IMG/VR virus record: IMGVR_UViG_3300044826_000112
Strand: one strand, 5' to 3'
DNA length: 64,000 bases
Source of the DNA: a virus
Both the position numbers and the translations under genes were made by a program. Each line of letters opens with the position of its first letter. Within the stretch, counting starts at the first letter, position 1. The notes below the pieces were generated by a model. That model was not told where the DNA came from. It did no database searches and saw only the letters and a list, made by a program, of their open reading frames with translations. This document shows positions 17,453 through 27,844 of the stretch, piece by piece.

Positions 17453-19309
17453 ATGTCCATGATCAGACTAACCCCCGACCAACTCAAGCAGATGGTCCAG
17501 AACTCTATTGACTATCGTCAAGCCCAGAACGCCGCCACCGGCTCCAAACTGGATGCCAACGCCAACGTATCAGTCAAGAACGTAGCGACCGAAGAAGTGG
17601 AGCTCGTCAAAGACTTCCTCCTGCAGCTCAACCGTACTCGCGTAAGTGCTGCTATCCAGGAATTGTACGGCACTCGCGACGCCCAACAGTACCTGGAAGA
17701 CCTTGGTGATCACTTCATCTATACCCACGATGAAACCTCTATCAAACCCTACTGCACCTCGATCTCCATGTATCCGTTCGTACTGAATGGTCTCAAGGGT
17801 CTGGGTGGAGATACCACTGCTCCTAAGCATCTGCGTACCTTCGTAGGTGGCTTCATCAACCTCCTGCATGCCATTGCCAGCCAGTTCGCTGGTGCCGTGG
17901 CCACTGTAGAATTCCTTACCTACTTCGATCACTTTGCTCGTATGGAGTATGGCCAGGGCTACTCGAATGCCTTCGACCCCAAGAGCCTCAACTATGACTC
18001 TATTCAGGCTCAAGAGATCCGCAAGGACATCTACGAGCACTTTGCCCACGTGATCTACACCATCAACCAGCCGGCTGCGAACCGCGGCTATCAGGCCATC
18101 TTCTGGAACATCACAGTATTCGACCAAGGCTACTTCGAGAGCATGTTCGAAGGCTTTGTGTTCCCCGATCTGGACCGTCCGAACTGGGCATCTACCTCTG
18201 TGCTCCAGCGTGAATTCCTGCGTTGGTTCAACAAAGAGCGTGAGCGTGCAGTCCTGACCTTCCCGGTCGTAACTGCTGCCCTGTTGAATGATGGTACTGA
18301 CTTCCGTGATCTGGATACTGCAAAGTTCCTGGCCAAGGAGATGTCTGAAGGTAACTCCTTCTTCATCTACACCTCCAAGTCCGCGGATAGCTTGGCCTCT
18401 TGCTGCCGTCTGCGTAACGAGGTGACTGACAACGTGTTCTCCCATAGCCTGGGCGCTGGCGGTGTCATGACTGGTTCTCTGAACGTCATCACCATCAACA
18501 TGAACCGTTTGGCCCAAGCAGGTAGCCGTGAGCTCAACATTCAAGGGTTCCACGCCGCTCTGAAACGTCAGGTCCAGCAGGTACACAAGTACCAGCACGG
18601 CCACCTGAAGATCTACCAAGAATACTTGGCCCAAGGGATGCTGACCGCGTACGACGCAGGCTTCATCTCTATGGAGAAGCAGTTCCTGACCGTAGGCCTG
18701 AATGGTCTGGTAGAGGCTGCAGAGTTCTTCAACATCCGCCCTGACAACAACCCTCTGTATCGCAAGTTCGTACAAGACACTCTCAAGGTCATCTATGATG
18801 AAAACCGTGAGTTCTCCGCACGTACTGGCCTGAAGGTGAACACTGAATTCGTGCCGGCTGAGAGCCTGGGCGTCAAGAACGCCATGTGGGACCAGAAAGA
18901 CGGTTTGAAGGTCATGCGGGATTGCTACAACAGCTACTTCTATCGCGTGGAAGACGAGAACCTCTCTCCTCTGGATAAGCTGAATCTGTTCGATCAGGAT
19001 ATGACCAAGTACCTGGACGGCGGTTCTGCCCTCCACCTCAACCTGGAAGATCTCCTGGACGAGGAACGCTGGATGGGTATGATGCGTTGTGCCATCGTGG
19101 TCGGTGTGCAGTACTTCTGCTTTAACGTGAAGTCCACTATCTGTAACGACTGTGGCTTCATCGACAAGCGTACTCGCCAGTGCTGCGAGAAGTGCGGCTC
19201 CCATGACGTCGATGGTGCCACTCGAGTGATTGGCTACTTGAAACGGGTGAGCAACTTCTCGAAAGCTCGACAGGAAGAGCATTCCAGAAGAGTCTATTCC
19301 CGGGTATAA
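17453..19309 (+). CDS. nrdD: Class III (anaerobic) ribonucleotide reductase
   Basis: IYTHDE..PYC, TFPV, SCCRL, VPAESL, CxxC...CxxC, glycyl-radical RVIGYL. Confidence 0.95.
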   Translation: MSMIRLTPDQLKQMVQNSIDYRQAQNAATGSKLDANANVSVKNVATEEVELVKDFLLQLNRTRVSAAIQELYGTRDAQQYLEDLGDHFIYTHDETSIKPYCTSISMYPFVLNGLKGLGGDTTAPKHLRTFVGGFINLLHAIASQFAGAVATVEFLTYFDHFARMEYGQGYSNAFDPKSLNYDSIQAQEIRKDIYEHFAHVIYTINQPAANRGYQAIFWNITVFDQGYFESMFEGFVFPDLDRPNWASTSVLQREFLRWFNKERERAVLTFPVVTAALLNDGTDFRDLDTAKFLAKEMSEGNSFFIYTSKSADSLASCCRLRNEVTDNVFSHSLGAGGVMTGSLNVITINMNRLAQAGSRELNIQGFHAALKRQVQQVHKYQHGHLKIYQEYLAQGMLTAYDAGFISMEKQFLTVGLNGLVEAAEFFNIRPDNNPLYRKFVQDTLKVIYDENREFSARTGLKVNTEFVPAESLGVKNAMWDQKDGLKVMRDCYNSYFYRVEDENLSPLDKLNLFDQDMTKYLDGGSALHLNLEDLLDEERWMGMMRCAIVVGVQYFCFNVKSTICNDCGFIDKRTRQCCEKCGSHDVDGATRVIGYLKRVSNFSKARQEEHSRRVYSRV

Positions 19310-19357
19310 GAAACCTAGAGGGGCCCATATCGGGCCCTTTCTTATTGGAGAAGAGTC

Positions 19358-19594
19358 ATGACTGACCTAGCGAGAATGATGAGCAACCTTAACGGGTTGA
19401 CCTCGGAGAGACGTCTGATTGAGAACCGGATCCTCACTGCTAACAGTGACATCCTTGCTGCTATCAAAGAGAGCGGCTTGACCAGGGTTCAATTAGAGAT
19501 GATGCCTGAGTTCCGGACGTACGCCGGCTGCGTACTCATCCAGACTGCCTTCCAACCTAAACCACCAAAGGATAACTATGAGCTCGGAGCTTAA
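19358..19594 (+). CDS. Hypothetical protein
   Basis: GGAG RBS after a terminator. Confidence 0.6.
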   Translation: MTDLARMMSNLNGLTSERRLIENRILTANSDILAAIKESGLTRVQLEMMPEFRTYAGCVLIQTAFQPKPPKDNYELGA

Positions 19595-20078
19595 GAACTT
19601 GATATGCATTGGGGCTGCTAGTTACGAGGCTGCCCGCTCTGCTAACGTGGCCCTTGCCGGGGCCGAAGACGCTATCGAACGACTATTCCACCGAGAGGCT
19701 CTTAACGGCCAGATCTACACGCTGCTTGAATGCATGAAGGGTATGACCTACTCGTTCTGCTGCAAGCTGTTGGATAAGATGTTCTACGACTATGGTTCAA
19801 CGTGGCTGACGGAGGACATAGTAAAGGCTTTGCTGCCAGCATACACCTGGCTGGAACTGGAACCTTCGGCTACATGCCAAGATCCAAAGCCTATCCTGGA
19901 AATGCTCTACCGTATAGAGACTGGGTTTGCGGAGTATTTCGCAAGAGATGACCGTCCATATAATGAGAGATACTACCTGATTATTCATGAAGAGGAATTC
20001 CTCGGGATAATCAATAAGGCTCAGCGTATTCGCAAACGAGAAAAACGGAAGGTGAAACGTGGCAACAGTGATCTTTAA
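19578..20078 (+). CDS. Hypothetical protein
   Basis: Overlapping operon arrangement. Confidence 0.6.
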   Translation: MSSELKNLICIGAASYEAARSANVALAGAEDAIERLFHREALNGQIYTLLECMKGMTYSFCCKLLDKMFYDYGSTWLTEDIVKALLPAYTWLELEPSATCQDPKPILEMLYRIETGFAEYFARDDRPYNERYYLIIHEEEFLGIINKAQRIRKREKRKVKRGNSDL

Positions 20079-20823
20079 GCAAGCTGGGGTAGGTGTAGAG
20101 ACCTACCTCAAAGATGGCATTCCGATGCTGTATGTGGACCAGATCTTCACGATGTGCAAGATGAGTCTGGACCACCTGGTGAAGTTCAATGAACGCTATG
20201 AGACTGATAACCTTTGTCCGGCCGAAGGTGACCCAGAAGATCGCGGCTACTATGTAGGGGCCCAGCTGTACGATGTACACGAGTATCTCGTCAGCCTCCG
20301 TACCAATCCCTTCCAGAGCCTGCTGCGTACCTTCCAGGCAAGCCTGTTGAAGGTGATTACGGGCTATTGGGCGAACATCGTGTATGACTCAGACTTCGCT
20401 CCAGTTCTCACCATACGTGAGCATCGGGAGATCACTCTTGATGATGAAGCTTTCGTGGTCAACGCGGCGTTCAAGATGATTGCACTCCTGCAGGCTCATG
20501 CCGAGGAGTTCAACTACATCGATCTCGCCCGCAAGAGCATCTACAAGGCCCGCACTAAGACTGTAGGCCCAAATTTGCTCGTCAACACACTCATGTGGTA
20601 TATTCCCCGAACGTCTGGGGGTGCTGCCGTGTTGTCTCGCGTGCGGGAAATCATCTGGGCCATACAGAAAACCAATCAAACCGAAGGTTCGCTATTCGCT
20701 CTCCAATGGGCAATAGCGGACCTGATGAGCCTCGAGCCAGAGGCATACGAGGATCTGGACCTGCTCGAAGTTGAGCTGTTCACAGGAATCCTCCTAGTAC
20801 TAAGGGAGTTCACTAATGGCTAA
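20059..20823 (+). CDS. Hypothetical protein
   Basis: 254-aa ORF in operon. Confidence 0.65.
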   Translation: MATVIFKQAGVGVETYLKDGIPMLYVDQIFTMCKMSLDHLVKFNERYETDNLCPAEGDPEDRGYYVGAQLYDVHEYLVSLRTNPFQSLLRTFQASLLKVITGYWANIVYDSDFAPVLTIREHREITLDDEAFVVNAAFKMIALLQAHAEEFNYIDLARKSIYKARTKTVGPNLLVNTLMWYIPRTSGGAAVLSRVREIIWAIQKTNQTEGSLFALQWAIADLMSLEPEAYEDLDLLEVELFTGILLVLREFTNG

Positions 20824-21430
20824 CAACAAGATCCACGAGATCCACGCAAGTGCCGATAGCGTTCCGTATTGGAACGAGCGTCACGTTACCCGTAACGCAT
20901 TGGCCTTGCGGTCTCTGGAGATCGCCGATGCAGTAGTCCTGAACGAGGCGGATTTGACCAAATTGCGTGACGTCGACATGCTTCAAGAGCGTGACCTCAG
21001 CGGTATCACCAAGCCTATCTATCTGCAGTTTGACGGTAAGAAGTCCGAAGGTCGCTTCATCATCGGCCTGCTGATGTCCCTGTCGGAAACGGACGAGCGG
21101 GTAACTGTAGTTCCCTACTCGAACAACAACGATGAAGGCAAGATGTGGCCGTATGACGTGTACTTTGAGATCACCAAGGTCTGCGAGAAAGAGGCTACGG
21201 TGACTACTCACCCGTTCCACCCGGCTGCTCTGCAGGACAAGATGGATGAAGAGGCTAAGGCACACTTCACAGCACTGAGCGGGATCGCCTTAAGCTTCCT
21301 GACTTTGCTGGGTACTGGCGCCCTGACTATCGGTCCTGAGAAGGAAGACATGTCCAAACTCAACAAAAGGAGAGGAAAGGATGGTAAACCGCCTGTTAAA
21401 GCGGACTGCCAGATCGTATGGAATAACTAA
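20816..21430 (+). CDS. Hypothetical protein
   Basis: GGGAG RBS; KLNKRR..GKPP C-terminal motif. Confidence 0.7.
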   Translation: MANNKIHEIHASADSVPYWNERHVTRNALALRSLEIADAVVLNEADLTKLRDVDMLQERDLSGITKPIYLQFDGKKSEGRFIIGLLMSLSETDERVTVVPYSNNNDEGKMWPYDVYFEITKVCEKEATVTTHPFHPAALQDKMDEEAKAHFTALSGIALSFLTLLGTGALTIGPEKEDMSKLNKRRGKDGKPPVKADCQIVWNN

Positions 21431-22064
21431 GCGTGTTTTGGCGGTGACAGCTGTAGCCGCCATAACCATGGGCTTTAGCAGCACCCATGAAGTAATAACT
21501 AGCTGCGAAGCATACGCTGCCTCTTACGCAGTCGTTCAGAAGAGAGCCCGGATGCATCGAATCGATGAGTCCGGTAAGAGTGAGATCTACACTCGGTTCT
21601 GGGAAGAACGAGCAAATGAGAAGAGGAAGATCCGTACCATAAATGGCAAAGTCATCTGGGATACTCCGGTATCTCGGGGGGAAAATCTAATACGGAGCGA
21701 TTATGGCTATTACGTTAGAGAATATCCTGATGTACCAAGCACGGTATACACCTCGGAAGACGCTTATGGTTGGCATAATCAGATCGATGTTGTGGTCACG
21801 GCCTGGACAATGGATGGCCTACAGTATCGACTCAGAGCTGACCAGTACCAGCAGTGTATGGCAAGCCTTCATCGGCCAACTCCTGCCTACGAGTGGTACG
21901 GAATTGTACTATCAACAGAAATAATCAAGGAGAATGAAGAGAAATGGCCTATAGCACTTTTGGCGAAAAACGTGTGGACCACACTGTACAACCGATGTTC
22001 TTCGGTACTCCGGTTAACGTGGCTCGATACGACCGAGTCAAGTACGACGAGTTCAACGACCTGA
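21381..22064 (+). CDS. Hypothetical protein, possibly exported
   Basis: Signal-like segment; the ORF runs about 120 nt into nrdB. Confidence 0.5.
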   Translation: MVNRLLKRTARSYGITKRVLAVTAVAAITMGFSSTHEVITSCEAYAASYAVVQKRARMHRIDESGKSEIYTRFWEERANEKRKIRTINGKVIWDTPVSRGENLIRSDYGYYVREYPDVPSTVYTSEDAYGWHNQIDVVVTAWTMDGLQYRLRADQYQQCMASLHRPTPAYEWYGIVLSTEIIKENEEKWPIALLAKNVWTTLYNRCSSVLRLTWLDTTESSTTSSTT

Positions 22065-23053
22065 CGACTCGTCAGCTGGCGTTCTTCTGGCGTCCTGAAG
22101 AGATCGACCTGTCCATCGACCGCGTCGACTTCAACCAGCACATGCAGGAGCATGAGCGTCACATCTTCACCTCCAACCTGAAGTATCAGACCCTGCTGGA
22201 CTCCGTCCAAGGTCGTGCTTTGGTTCTGGCATTGATGAAGATCACTTCGCTGCCTGAGCTGGAGAACTGGATCGAGACTTGGTCTTTCTCCGAGACCATT
22301 CACTCTCGCTCCTACAGCCACATCATCCGCAACCTAGTAGCGGATCCCGACGTTATCTTCAACGATATCGTCGAGAACAAGTACATTTCTGAGCGTGCTC
22401 GTTCGGTAACGGACCGCTACGACCGCTTCATCAAGATGGTCGATGAGTATTCCCATGCGGAAGACCTCGCGATGTTCGACCTGAAGGTCATGAAGCGTGA
22501 CCTGTACCTGCTGCTGGTTGACATCAATGCCCTGGAAGCTCTTCGCTTCTATGTGAGCTTTGCGTGCTCCTTCGCCTTCGCTGAGCGTGAGCTCATGGAG
22601 GGTAACGCCAAGATCATCAAGCTGATCGCCCGGGACGAGGCCCTCCACAAGGAGGGCACCGTTACCATCCTTCGTCTTTTGCGTACCAGCGAAGACGCAG
22701 ACTTCCGGGCAATCGCCAATGATCCTGAAGTTCACAAAGAGATCGATCTGATCTACGCATCGATCGTTCAGCAAGAGAGTGAATGGGCCGACTACCTGTT
22801 CAAGGACGGGGCTATGATCGGCCTGAACGCAACCATTGTGAAGCAGTACATGCAATGGATTGCGGATATCAACCTGCGTCTTATCGGTCGCCCGGCTATG
22901 TTCGGCATCAAGAGCAACCCGCTGCCCTGGATGTCCAACTACACCAACTCCTCTGATGTACAAGTTGCACCTCAGGAGACCGAACTGACCTCTTACCGTA
23001 CTGCTGACCTTGCAGCAGATACTCATGGAGCTGATCTCGATGTGGAACTCTGA
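21944..23053 (+). CDS. nrdB: Class Ia ribonucleotide reductase beta subunit
   Basis: FFWRPEE, LLDSVQGR, ETIHSRSY, EALRFYVSF, RDEALH, VAPQETE..SY. Confidence 0.97.
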   Translation: MAYSTFGEKRVDHTVQPMFFGTPVNVARYDRVKYDEFNDLTTRQLAFFWRPEEIDLSIDRVDFNQHMQEHERHIFTSNLKYQTLLDSVQGRALVLALMKITSLPELENWIETWSFSETIHSRSYSHIIRNLVADPDVIFNDIVENKYISERARSVTDRYDRFIKMVDEYSHAEDLAMFDLKVMKRDLYLLLVDINALEALRFYVSFACSFAFAERELMEGNAKIIKLIARDEALHKEGTVTILRLLRTSEDADFRAIANDPEVHKEIDLIYASIVQQESEWADYLFKDGAMIGLNATIVKQYMQWIADINLRLIGRPAMFGIKSNPLPWMSNYTNSSDVQVAPQETELTSYRTADLAADTHGADLDVEL

Positions 23054-23366
23054 GTTTGAAGAGGCTGAACGTTTCGTTCGCCTCATCTCTATCCCGAAGA
23101 AGGCCGTAAGCGGTCCTGTCTTCATCGAAGTTCCGGAGGGTACCACCTTCCGGAATGAAATCCGTTGGCAGAACAATCGTCCTGTCATCATGGCTTCCTG
23201 CCCAACCCACCGCAACATGGTCAAGCTGCGTCTGTGCGTCTATCGCATTGCTGACGTACCGGTTGGCCGTGACATCTGTGGTCCGTACTGCCTGGGTACT
23301 TTTTACATGAACCTCGGCAAGATGGATACTTACGTGGCGTTCCTCGACGCCAACGTAGCAGAGTAA
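23040..23366 (+). CDS. Hypothetical protein
   Basis: ORF coupled to nrdB and followed by a UUCG terminator. Confidence 0.6.
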   Translation: MWNSEFEEAERFVRLISIPKKAVSGPVFIEVPEGTTFRNEIRWQNNRPVIMASCPTHRNMVKLRLCVYRIADVPVGRDICGPYCLGTFYMNLGKMDTYVAFLDANVAE

Positions 23367-23390
23367 CTTCAAGGGCCCTTCGGGGCCCTT

Positions 23391-23450
23391 TGAGCATTAT
23401 CTTGCTCAAAATCCTCTAGACCAAGCCGATTTTGAGCAATAAGTTGCTCA
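23391..23450. promoter_or_regulatory. Pair of TGAGCA-N6-TGCTCA palindromes (putative operator)
   Basis: Copies at 23391-23408 and 23433-23450, upstream of promoter motif 23471. Confidence 0.5.
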
Positions 23451-23498
23451 TCCACATTCCCTCGTATCCAGGTATAAGTACCTTGGAGGAACACATAT

Positions 23499-24386
23499 AT
23501 GATCGAAATAGATGAATTGGAGAACCGCTGTGCCAACGGATTGATGGCGGCAGCTGGTTGTCTTCCGATTATGACCTTGGCGTCATATCGGGCTCAAGAG
23601 GCTATGGCCCGTCCGAAGTCTTCTGTTAGAGCAGTCTCCTGGGGTTTCATCTCATCGGTAGCCCTCGGGGCTATATGGGCTGCAACTCCTTGGGCTAAAG
23701 AAGAGCCTACGGAGAAGGATGAGGCAGAAGTTCTGAAGGCGTATCAACCACGTATCGTGATGTCCATTGCCAACGAGATCGGTGAAGACATCAAAGAGAC
23801 CGCAGACGACTATGCATACAAGATTGCCGATGAGGCAGGTAAGCGTCGTATGCGTGCAGAACGCTTTGAGAGCGTGCTGTGGGGTGATCGCTTCAAGCGT
23901 GAACACATAGAAGCACTGCATGACTCGGAACGCAGGAAGGACCTCAAGGAGCGTCTGATGCGTATCGATCCGGTGTATGGTGAGCGTCTGTTCTCATCGT
24001 ACGACGAGGCGGCGGCTCGCTACTATGATCTGCCAGAGTGGCGTTGGATGGATAACATCGATGAGAAGGAGAAGGATCGCAGTAGTGGAAGCTACTATCG
24101 TAATCCGTACCTCTCGTCAGGCAAGGAGGATACCTCACGGCCTACCTCTAAGTCAGTCTTCTCGTACCGATCTCCTACTCTTGAGAAGAAGATCGATGCA
24201 TCCAAGAAGGCTGCCGATGAGCGTAAAGCCGCAGCTGCCGTCCCAACCAAACGCTACGACACTTCCCGTTGGGATTCTGACGATGATGACGGTGAGGAGG
24301 TAGTGGTGCGGGAAACTCGTCACACTGACGTAGTAGATCGCCTCCTGGCGGGCGGCATAGACACAGACTTCGAGGATGAATCATGA
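23499..24386 (+). CDS. Hypothetical membrane-anchored protein
   Basis: TM segment near residue 50; charged C-terminus. Confidence 0.7.
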   Translation: MIEIDELENRCANGLMAAAGCLPIMTLASYRAQEAMARPKSSVRAVSWGFISSVALGAIWAATPWAKEEPTEKDEAEVLKAYQPRIVMSIANEIGEDIKETADDYAYKIADEAGKRRMRAERFESVLWGDRFKREHIEALHDSERRKDLKERLMRIDPVYGERLFSSYDEAAARYYDLPEWRWMDNIDEKEKDRSSGSYYRNPYLSSGKEDTSRPTSKSVFSYRSPTLEKKIDASKKAADERKAAAAVPTKRYDTSRWDSDDDDGEEVVVRETRHTDVVDRLLAGGIDTDFEDES

Positions 24387-24862
24387 GTTGGTGGGGTAAC
24401 GGGTACCGTAGCGGGAGTACATATACGACCACTACTTCCAAGACCTCTCGTCGCCGTCCGAAAGATGGCGTCGACTTGGGGATCGAGGTGAATGTACGGC
24501 TTAAGCTGTACGAGCGTAGACACCTGAAGGGCCGCGGGGAGTCGGCCCTTGTGCAGTACCTCTTGCAGCATCCTAAGATAGAGGGCCTGCAAGTATCGTT
24601 CACCTGCCGCCGGGAGCAACTGCCCGAAGTGCTGGAGGCGATAGCAGAAAACAAGGAAGACATCATCAATATGAATGACTTCCAATTCGAGACATTCGGG
24701 GAGATGCTCCATGCAGTTGTGGAGAGTAACCTCGGTGTAAAACTGGATGACGACACAAAGGAAGCTTTGACAGGCAAATCCCACTCCGTACGGCCGGATA
24801 AAAGGGAGAAGCCGAAGTCAAGTGACCCTCTGTCACTCATTCGGATGAAAGGGGAGGATTGA
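24383..24862 (+). CDS. Hypothetical protein
   Basis: ATGA-coupled ORF. Confidence 0.65.
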   Translation: MSWWGNGYRSGSTYTTTTSKTSRRRPKDGVDLGIEVNVRLKLYERRHLKGRGESALVQYLLQHPKIEGLQVSFTCRREQLPEVLEAIAENKEDIINMNDFQFETFGEMLHAVVESNLGVKLDDDTKEALTGKSHSVRPDKREKPKSSDPLSLIRMKGED

Positions 24863-24913
24863 TCCTCCCCGCTCCTTTTTATATACTTCCGGGTATACAC
24901 AAAGGAGACGGAT

Positions 24914-25540
24914 ATGAACACAATTGTCGTAGGAATTGCAGGATTGGCCGGTGCTGGCAAGGATACCTTCGCAAACTACCTCATCGAAGAGCTGAAGAAG
25001 TACCAGGTGAGCGTCGGCACGTATGCCTTCGCAGAGCCGGTTAAGCACGTTGCAGGATATGTTTTCGGTATGACCGAGGAAGAGCTTCACACCCAGGCTG
25101 GTAAAGCTGCAGTGGCTATTCATGGCTACGGCTTGACCAACCGTGAGATTCTCCAAAAGGTTGGTACCGAGAGCTTCCGCGACGTGTTTGCCCAGCAGAT
25201 CTGGATCGACTTCGCTAATCGAGTACTGAGTGAGCGGACCGAGGTCTTTACCATCATCACCGATCTCCGTTTCGAGAACGAACTGAACTTCGTTCAAAGC
25301 AACGGCATTTCCATCCGGATCGACGCACCAAAACGGAACAAGATTACAGTGCCTGATCACCCGTCTGAACGCTTCGTGCAGAACATGCCGGTAGATGTCG
25401 TTGTTAGCAACGATGGCTCCCTGGCAGACTTGCAAGTAGCAGCGGCCGAGGTGGCACAAGTGCTGATTTTCCCTTTAGCTGAGCAGCTTCAGGGTAACAT
25501 TGGAGCTAACTATGCTAGCCATTTCAAACCTGCCGTCTGA
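24914..25540 (+). CDS. Deoxynucleoside monophosphate kinase
   Basis: GLAGAGKDT P-loop, FAEPVK, REILQKVGTE..R, ITDLRFENE, HPSE. Confidence 0.9.
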   Translation: MNTIVVGIAGLAGAGKDTFANYLIEELKKYQVSVGTYAFAEPVKHVAGYVFGMTEEELHTQAGKAAVAIHGYGLTNREILQKVGTESFRDVFAQQIWIDFANRVLSERTEVFTIITDLRFENELNFVQSNGISIRIDAPKRNKITVPDHPSERFVQNMPVDVVVSNDGSLADLQVAAAEVAQVLIFPLAEQLQGNIGANYASHFKPAV

Positions 25541-26207
25541 CGGTAGTGATTGGGGTCCTATGGACCCCACCTTTTCTTTTAGCCATGACGTAAATTCCCC
25601 ACTGCGAAATATCCAGTGCGGCAAGCGAGATCAGTATCCTCTAAACGAATTGGATATGGTCTACTCCCCAGAGAAACCTGAAGATATCCATACGATGCAC
25701 TTCGTCATCGATGAGATTGAAGAAGAACCTGAAGATACCGAATATGTTTTCATTGATAGTCCAGTTCTTTCGTATATTAGAGCCAACCTTTCCCTACTCC
25801 CTAAGTGCATGGTTACGGATCCTCTCGGTGATGTTCACTATGTTTATCAATGCTACTCGTTCACGCGCCCAATCTATTACACGATTTCAGATAACATCGT
25901 GTCTATCAGCCGTAATCGCCCTGTTTATCCTTTTGGGTCTACTTGTAGCGATTTCGATGTATCTCTTCTCCTGGATCACCGTCCCCGCCTCGTAGAGGCA
26001 ACCTACCTCTTAAGCTTCTCCCCTGTCGACACCATGATGATCTTTGGTGGGCGTTATGACGTCGTCGGGAAATTCTTCAAGTACGGTAAGGAATTCTGGG
26101 GAGATGTGAAGGAGCATCTGATGGATATCGTTCAGGAGCAGGAACGCCGTCGGATTGCCGAACAAAAGCTCTATAACTACACAGAAATGCTCTTCTCCAA
26201 GGTATAA
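25500..26207 (+). CDS. Hypothetical protein (start uncertain)
   Basis: Long ORF following the dNMP kinase. Confidence 0.6.
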   Translation: MELTMLAISNLPSDGSDWGPMDPTFSFSHDVNSPLRNIQCGKRDQYPLNELDMVYSPEKPEDIHTMHFVIDEIEEEPEDTEYVFIDSPVLSYIRANLSLLPKCMVTDPLGDVHYVYQCYSFTRPIYYTISDNIVSISRNRPVYPFGSTCSDFDVSLLLDHRPRLVEATYLLSFSPVDTMMIFGGRYDVVGKFFKYGKEFWGDVKEHLMDIVQEQERRRIAEQKLYNYTEMLFSKV

Positions 26208-26250
26208 GTATATTGGAGGTGGATAAGATGCCACCGTAACTTCGGAGAGT

Positions 26251-26511
26251 ATGATGTTTCAAGTAAGAATCCCTATGGCAGGTCGATCTGCCAAGGATAT
26301 GTTGGACTTCGCCCAAAGCAAGGCTAAGGAGCGTAAGGGATGCCTGATTATGGGCACAACGGAAGCTGGTCAGGTGCACGATGATGGTAAGCATCTTGCA
26401 AACTATCATTTTGACGCAGACCACATGGTCGTCAACGTACTCCACAAGCCCTTGTTCGTTCCCCAAGGGTTGGTAGAACGGGAATTACACAAGTTATTTG
26501 CGGCGAGCTAA
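26251..26511 (+). CDS. Hypothetical protein
   Basis: Downstream of promoter motif 26201; GGAG RBS. Confidence 0.6.
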   Translation: MMFQVRIPMAGRSAKDMLDFAQSKAKERKGCLIMGTTEAGQVHDDGKHLANYHFDADHMVVNVLHKPLFVPQGLVERELHKLFAAS

Positions 26512-26556
26512 GCCCCAGAGGGGCCAAAATTTAAGAAGGGCACGAAGGCCCTTCTT

Positions 26557-26949
26557 TTAGTCTGCAATCTCGAAGTGAGGCAGGTCGTTGAAGGAGTTAT
26601 CCTTCAACTCCGTGTTCTGGTTCCAGTCACCACCCCAGCGTAGCTTGATGCCCATAGTGGCAGCGATGCCTACTACGAAGCCTGCGAAGTAACGCATGCG
26701 GTTGGTGTCGTTCCAGTCGATAGGGTAAGGCAGAACGTCAGCCGCCAGGGACGGAGTCTTGTTGTGCTTACCTTGCGGATACTTCAGCTTGGACTTACCT
26801 TCAGCGAAGGCCTTGTTCTGAGCTGCTTCTCCACGGTGACCCTCGATGACGGTGCAATCAAAGTGCTTGATGACTTCGTTGAACACCTTCTGCAGGCGTG
26901 GATCACAAGTTGCTAGCTTCTCCTGCGAAGCTTTACCGAATGCTGGCAT
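26557..26949 (-). CDS. Endolysin, peptidase M15 (L-Ala-D-Glu peptidase)
   Basis: EGHR...Q, KH....LAAD, RWGGDW, DLPHFE. Confidence 0.92.
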   Translation of the reverse strand: MPAFGKASQEKLATCDPRLQKVFNEVIKHFDCTVIEGHRGEAAQNKAFAEGKSKLKYPQGKHNKTPSLAADVLPYPIDWNDTNRMRYFAGFVVGIAATMGIKLRWGGDWNQNTELKDNSFNDLPHFEIAD

Positions 26950-27486
26950 TTACTTTCTCCCAGTTTGCTGGGACATCATAGGGATGTCCTTCATGTCAGA
27001 AGACTTGGACGAACCGAAGTAGTAGTTCAGGATAGTTGTCCACGCCGTGCCTAGCGAACCTAAAAGGATGTTCAGCACGTTTAGCATTGTACCCTCGACC
27101 TTCACGAAGATCAGGGTGAACAGGATACCAAAGAACCCTACTGTAACGGCCCCGGCAAGAGCACGGGGAGTCCAGTCTCGTAGTACGATCTCGCGTTGAC
27201 GAGCGTCGGAACGATCGGCGAGATACATACCAGTTTCCTTAATGCCAAGCTCCTTCATCTTGACCTTGAAGTCGTTGTCTAGCTCCTTCATCTTGGTCAG
27301 AACTGCGGGATCACCCGTCTGAACAAGCTTCTCGAGCTTAGCTTCCAACTGGTCTTGAGTATCGCCTTCTGTGTCTCCTAGGAGACTGTCAGCGAGGAAC
27401 TTAGTAGCCACGCCAGCAAGAGGACCACCAAGGGCAGTCCCCAGAGCTGGAGCGACAGTTTTAACCATGTCTCTCCATTCAAACAC
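26950..27486 (-). CDS. Putative holin
   Basis: APALGTALGGP N-terminus, DRSDARQRE, 2 TMs, YYFGSS motif; adjacent to the endolysin. Confidence 0.75.
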   Translation of the reverse strand: MFEWRDMVKTVAPALGTALGGPLAGVATKFLADSLLGDTEGDTQDQLEAKLEKLVQTGDPAVLTKMKELDNDFKVKMKELGIKETGMYLADRSDARQREIVLRDWTPRALAGAVTVGFFGILFTLIFVKVEGTMLNVLNILLGSLGTAWTTILNYYFGSSKSSDMKDIPMMSQQTGRK

Positions 27487-27844
27487 TGAATACCTCTACT
27501 ACAGGCCCTCTTTGCTCAGTACTTTGATGGACAAGAGCCTTGAAGCTCTTCTTCATCGTCTCCATCGTACGCAGCAGCTGTTCCTTACTGTCGTACGCCA
27601 CCGACATCTCCGAGTGTCGAACCAGCCGAGAGCCAAAACCGGAAGCGGGTTTGTTCGGATTGTACAGAGGATACTTGCCTAGCTCGTCCAGGTAGCACAG
27701 AGTCTGGTACTCTCCTAAGGTGCCATCTTCCTTGCGTTCGTGCAGAAAGATGTCCTTGGACACTTCAGACCCGTCACCTACCCGGGCCTTCAGTGTGTAC
27801 TTGCCTCTCACGAGCTCATGTGTCAGCTCAAGAGTATTAGGCAT
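27479..27844 (-). CDS. Hypothetical (structural module)
   Basis: Coupled ORF in the late operon. Confidence 0.6.
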   Translation of the reverse strand: MPNTLELTHELVRGKYTLKARVGDGSEVSKDIFLHERKEDGTLGEYQTLCYLDELGKYPLYNPNKPASGFGSRLVRHSEMSVAYDSKEQLLRTMETMKKSFKALVHQSTEQRGPVVEVFSV

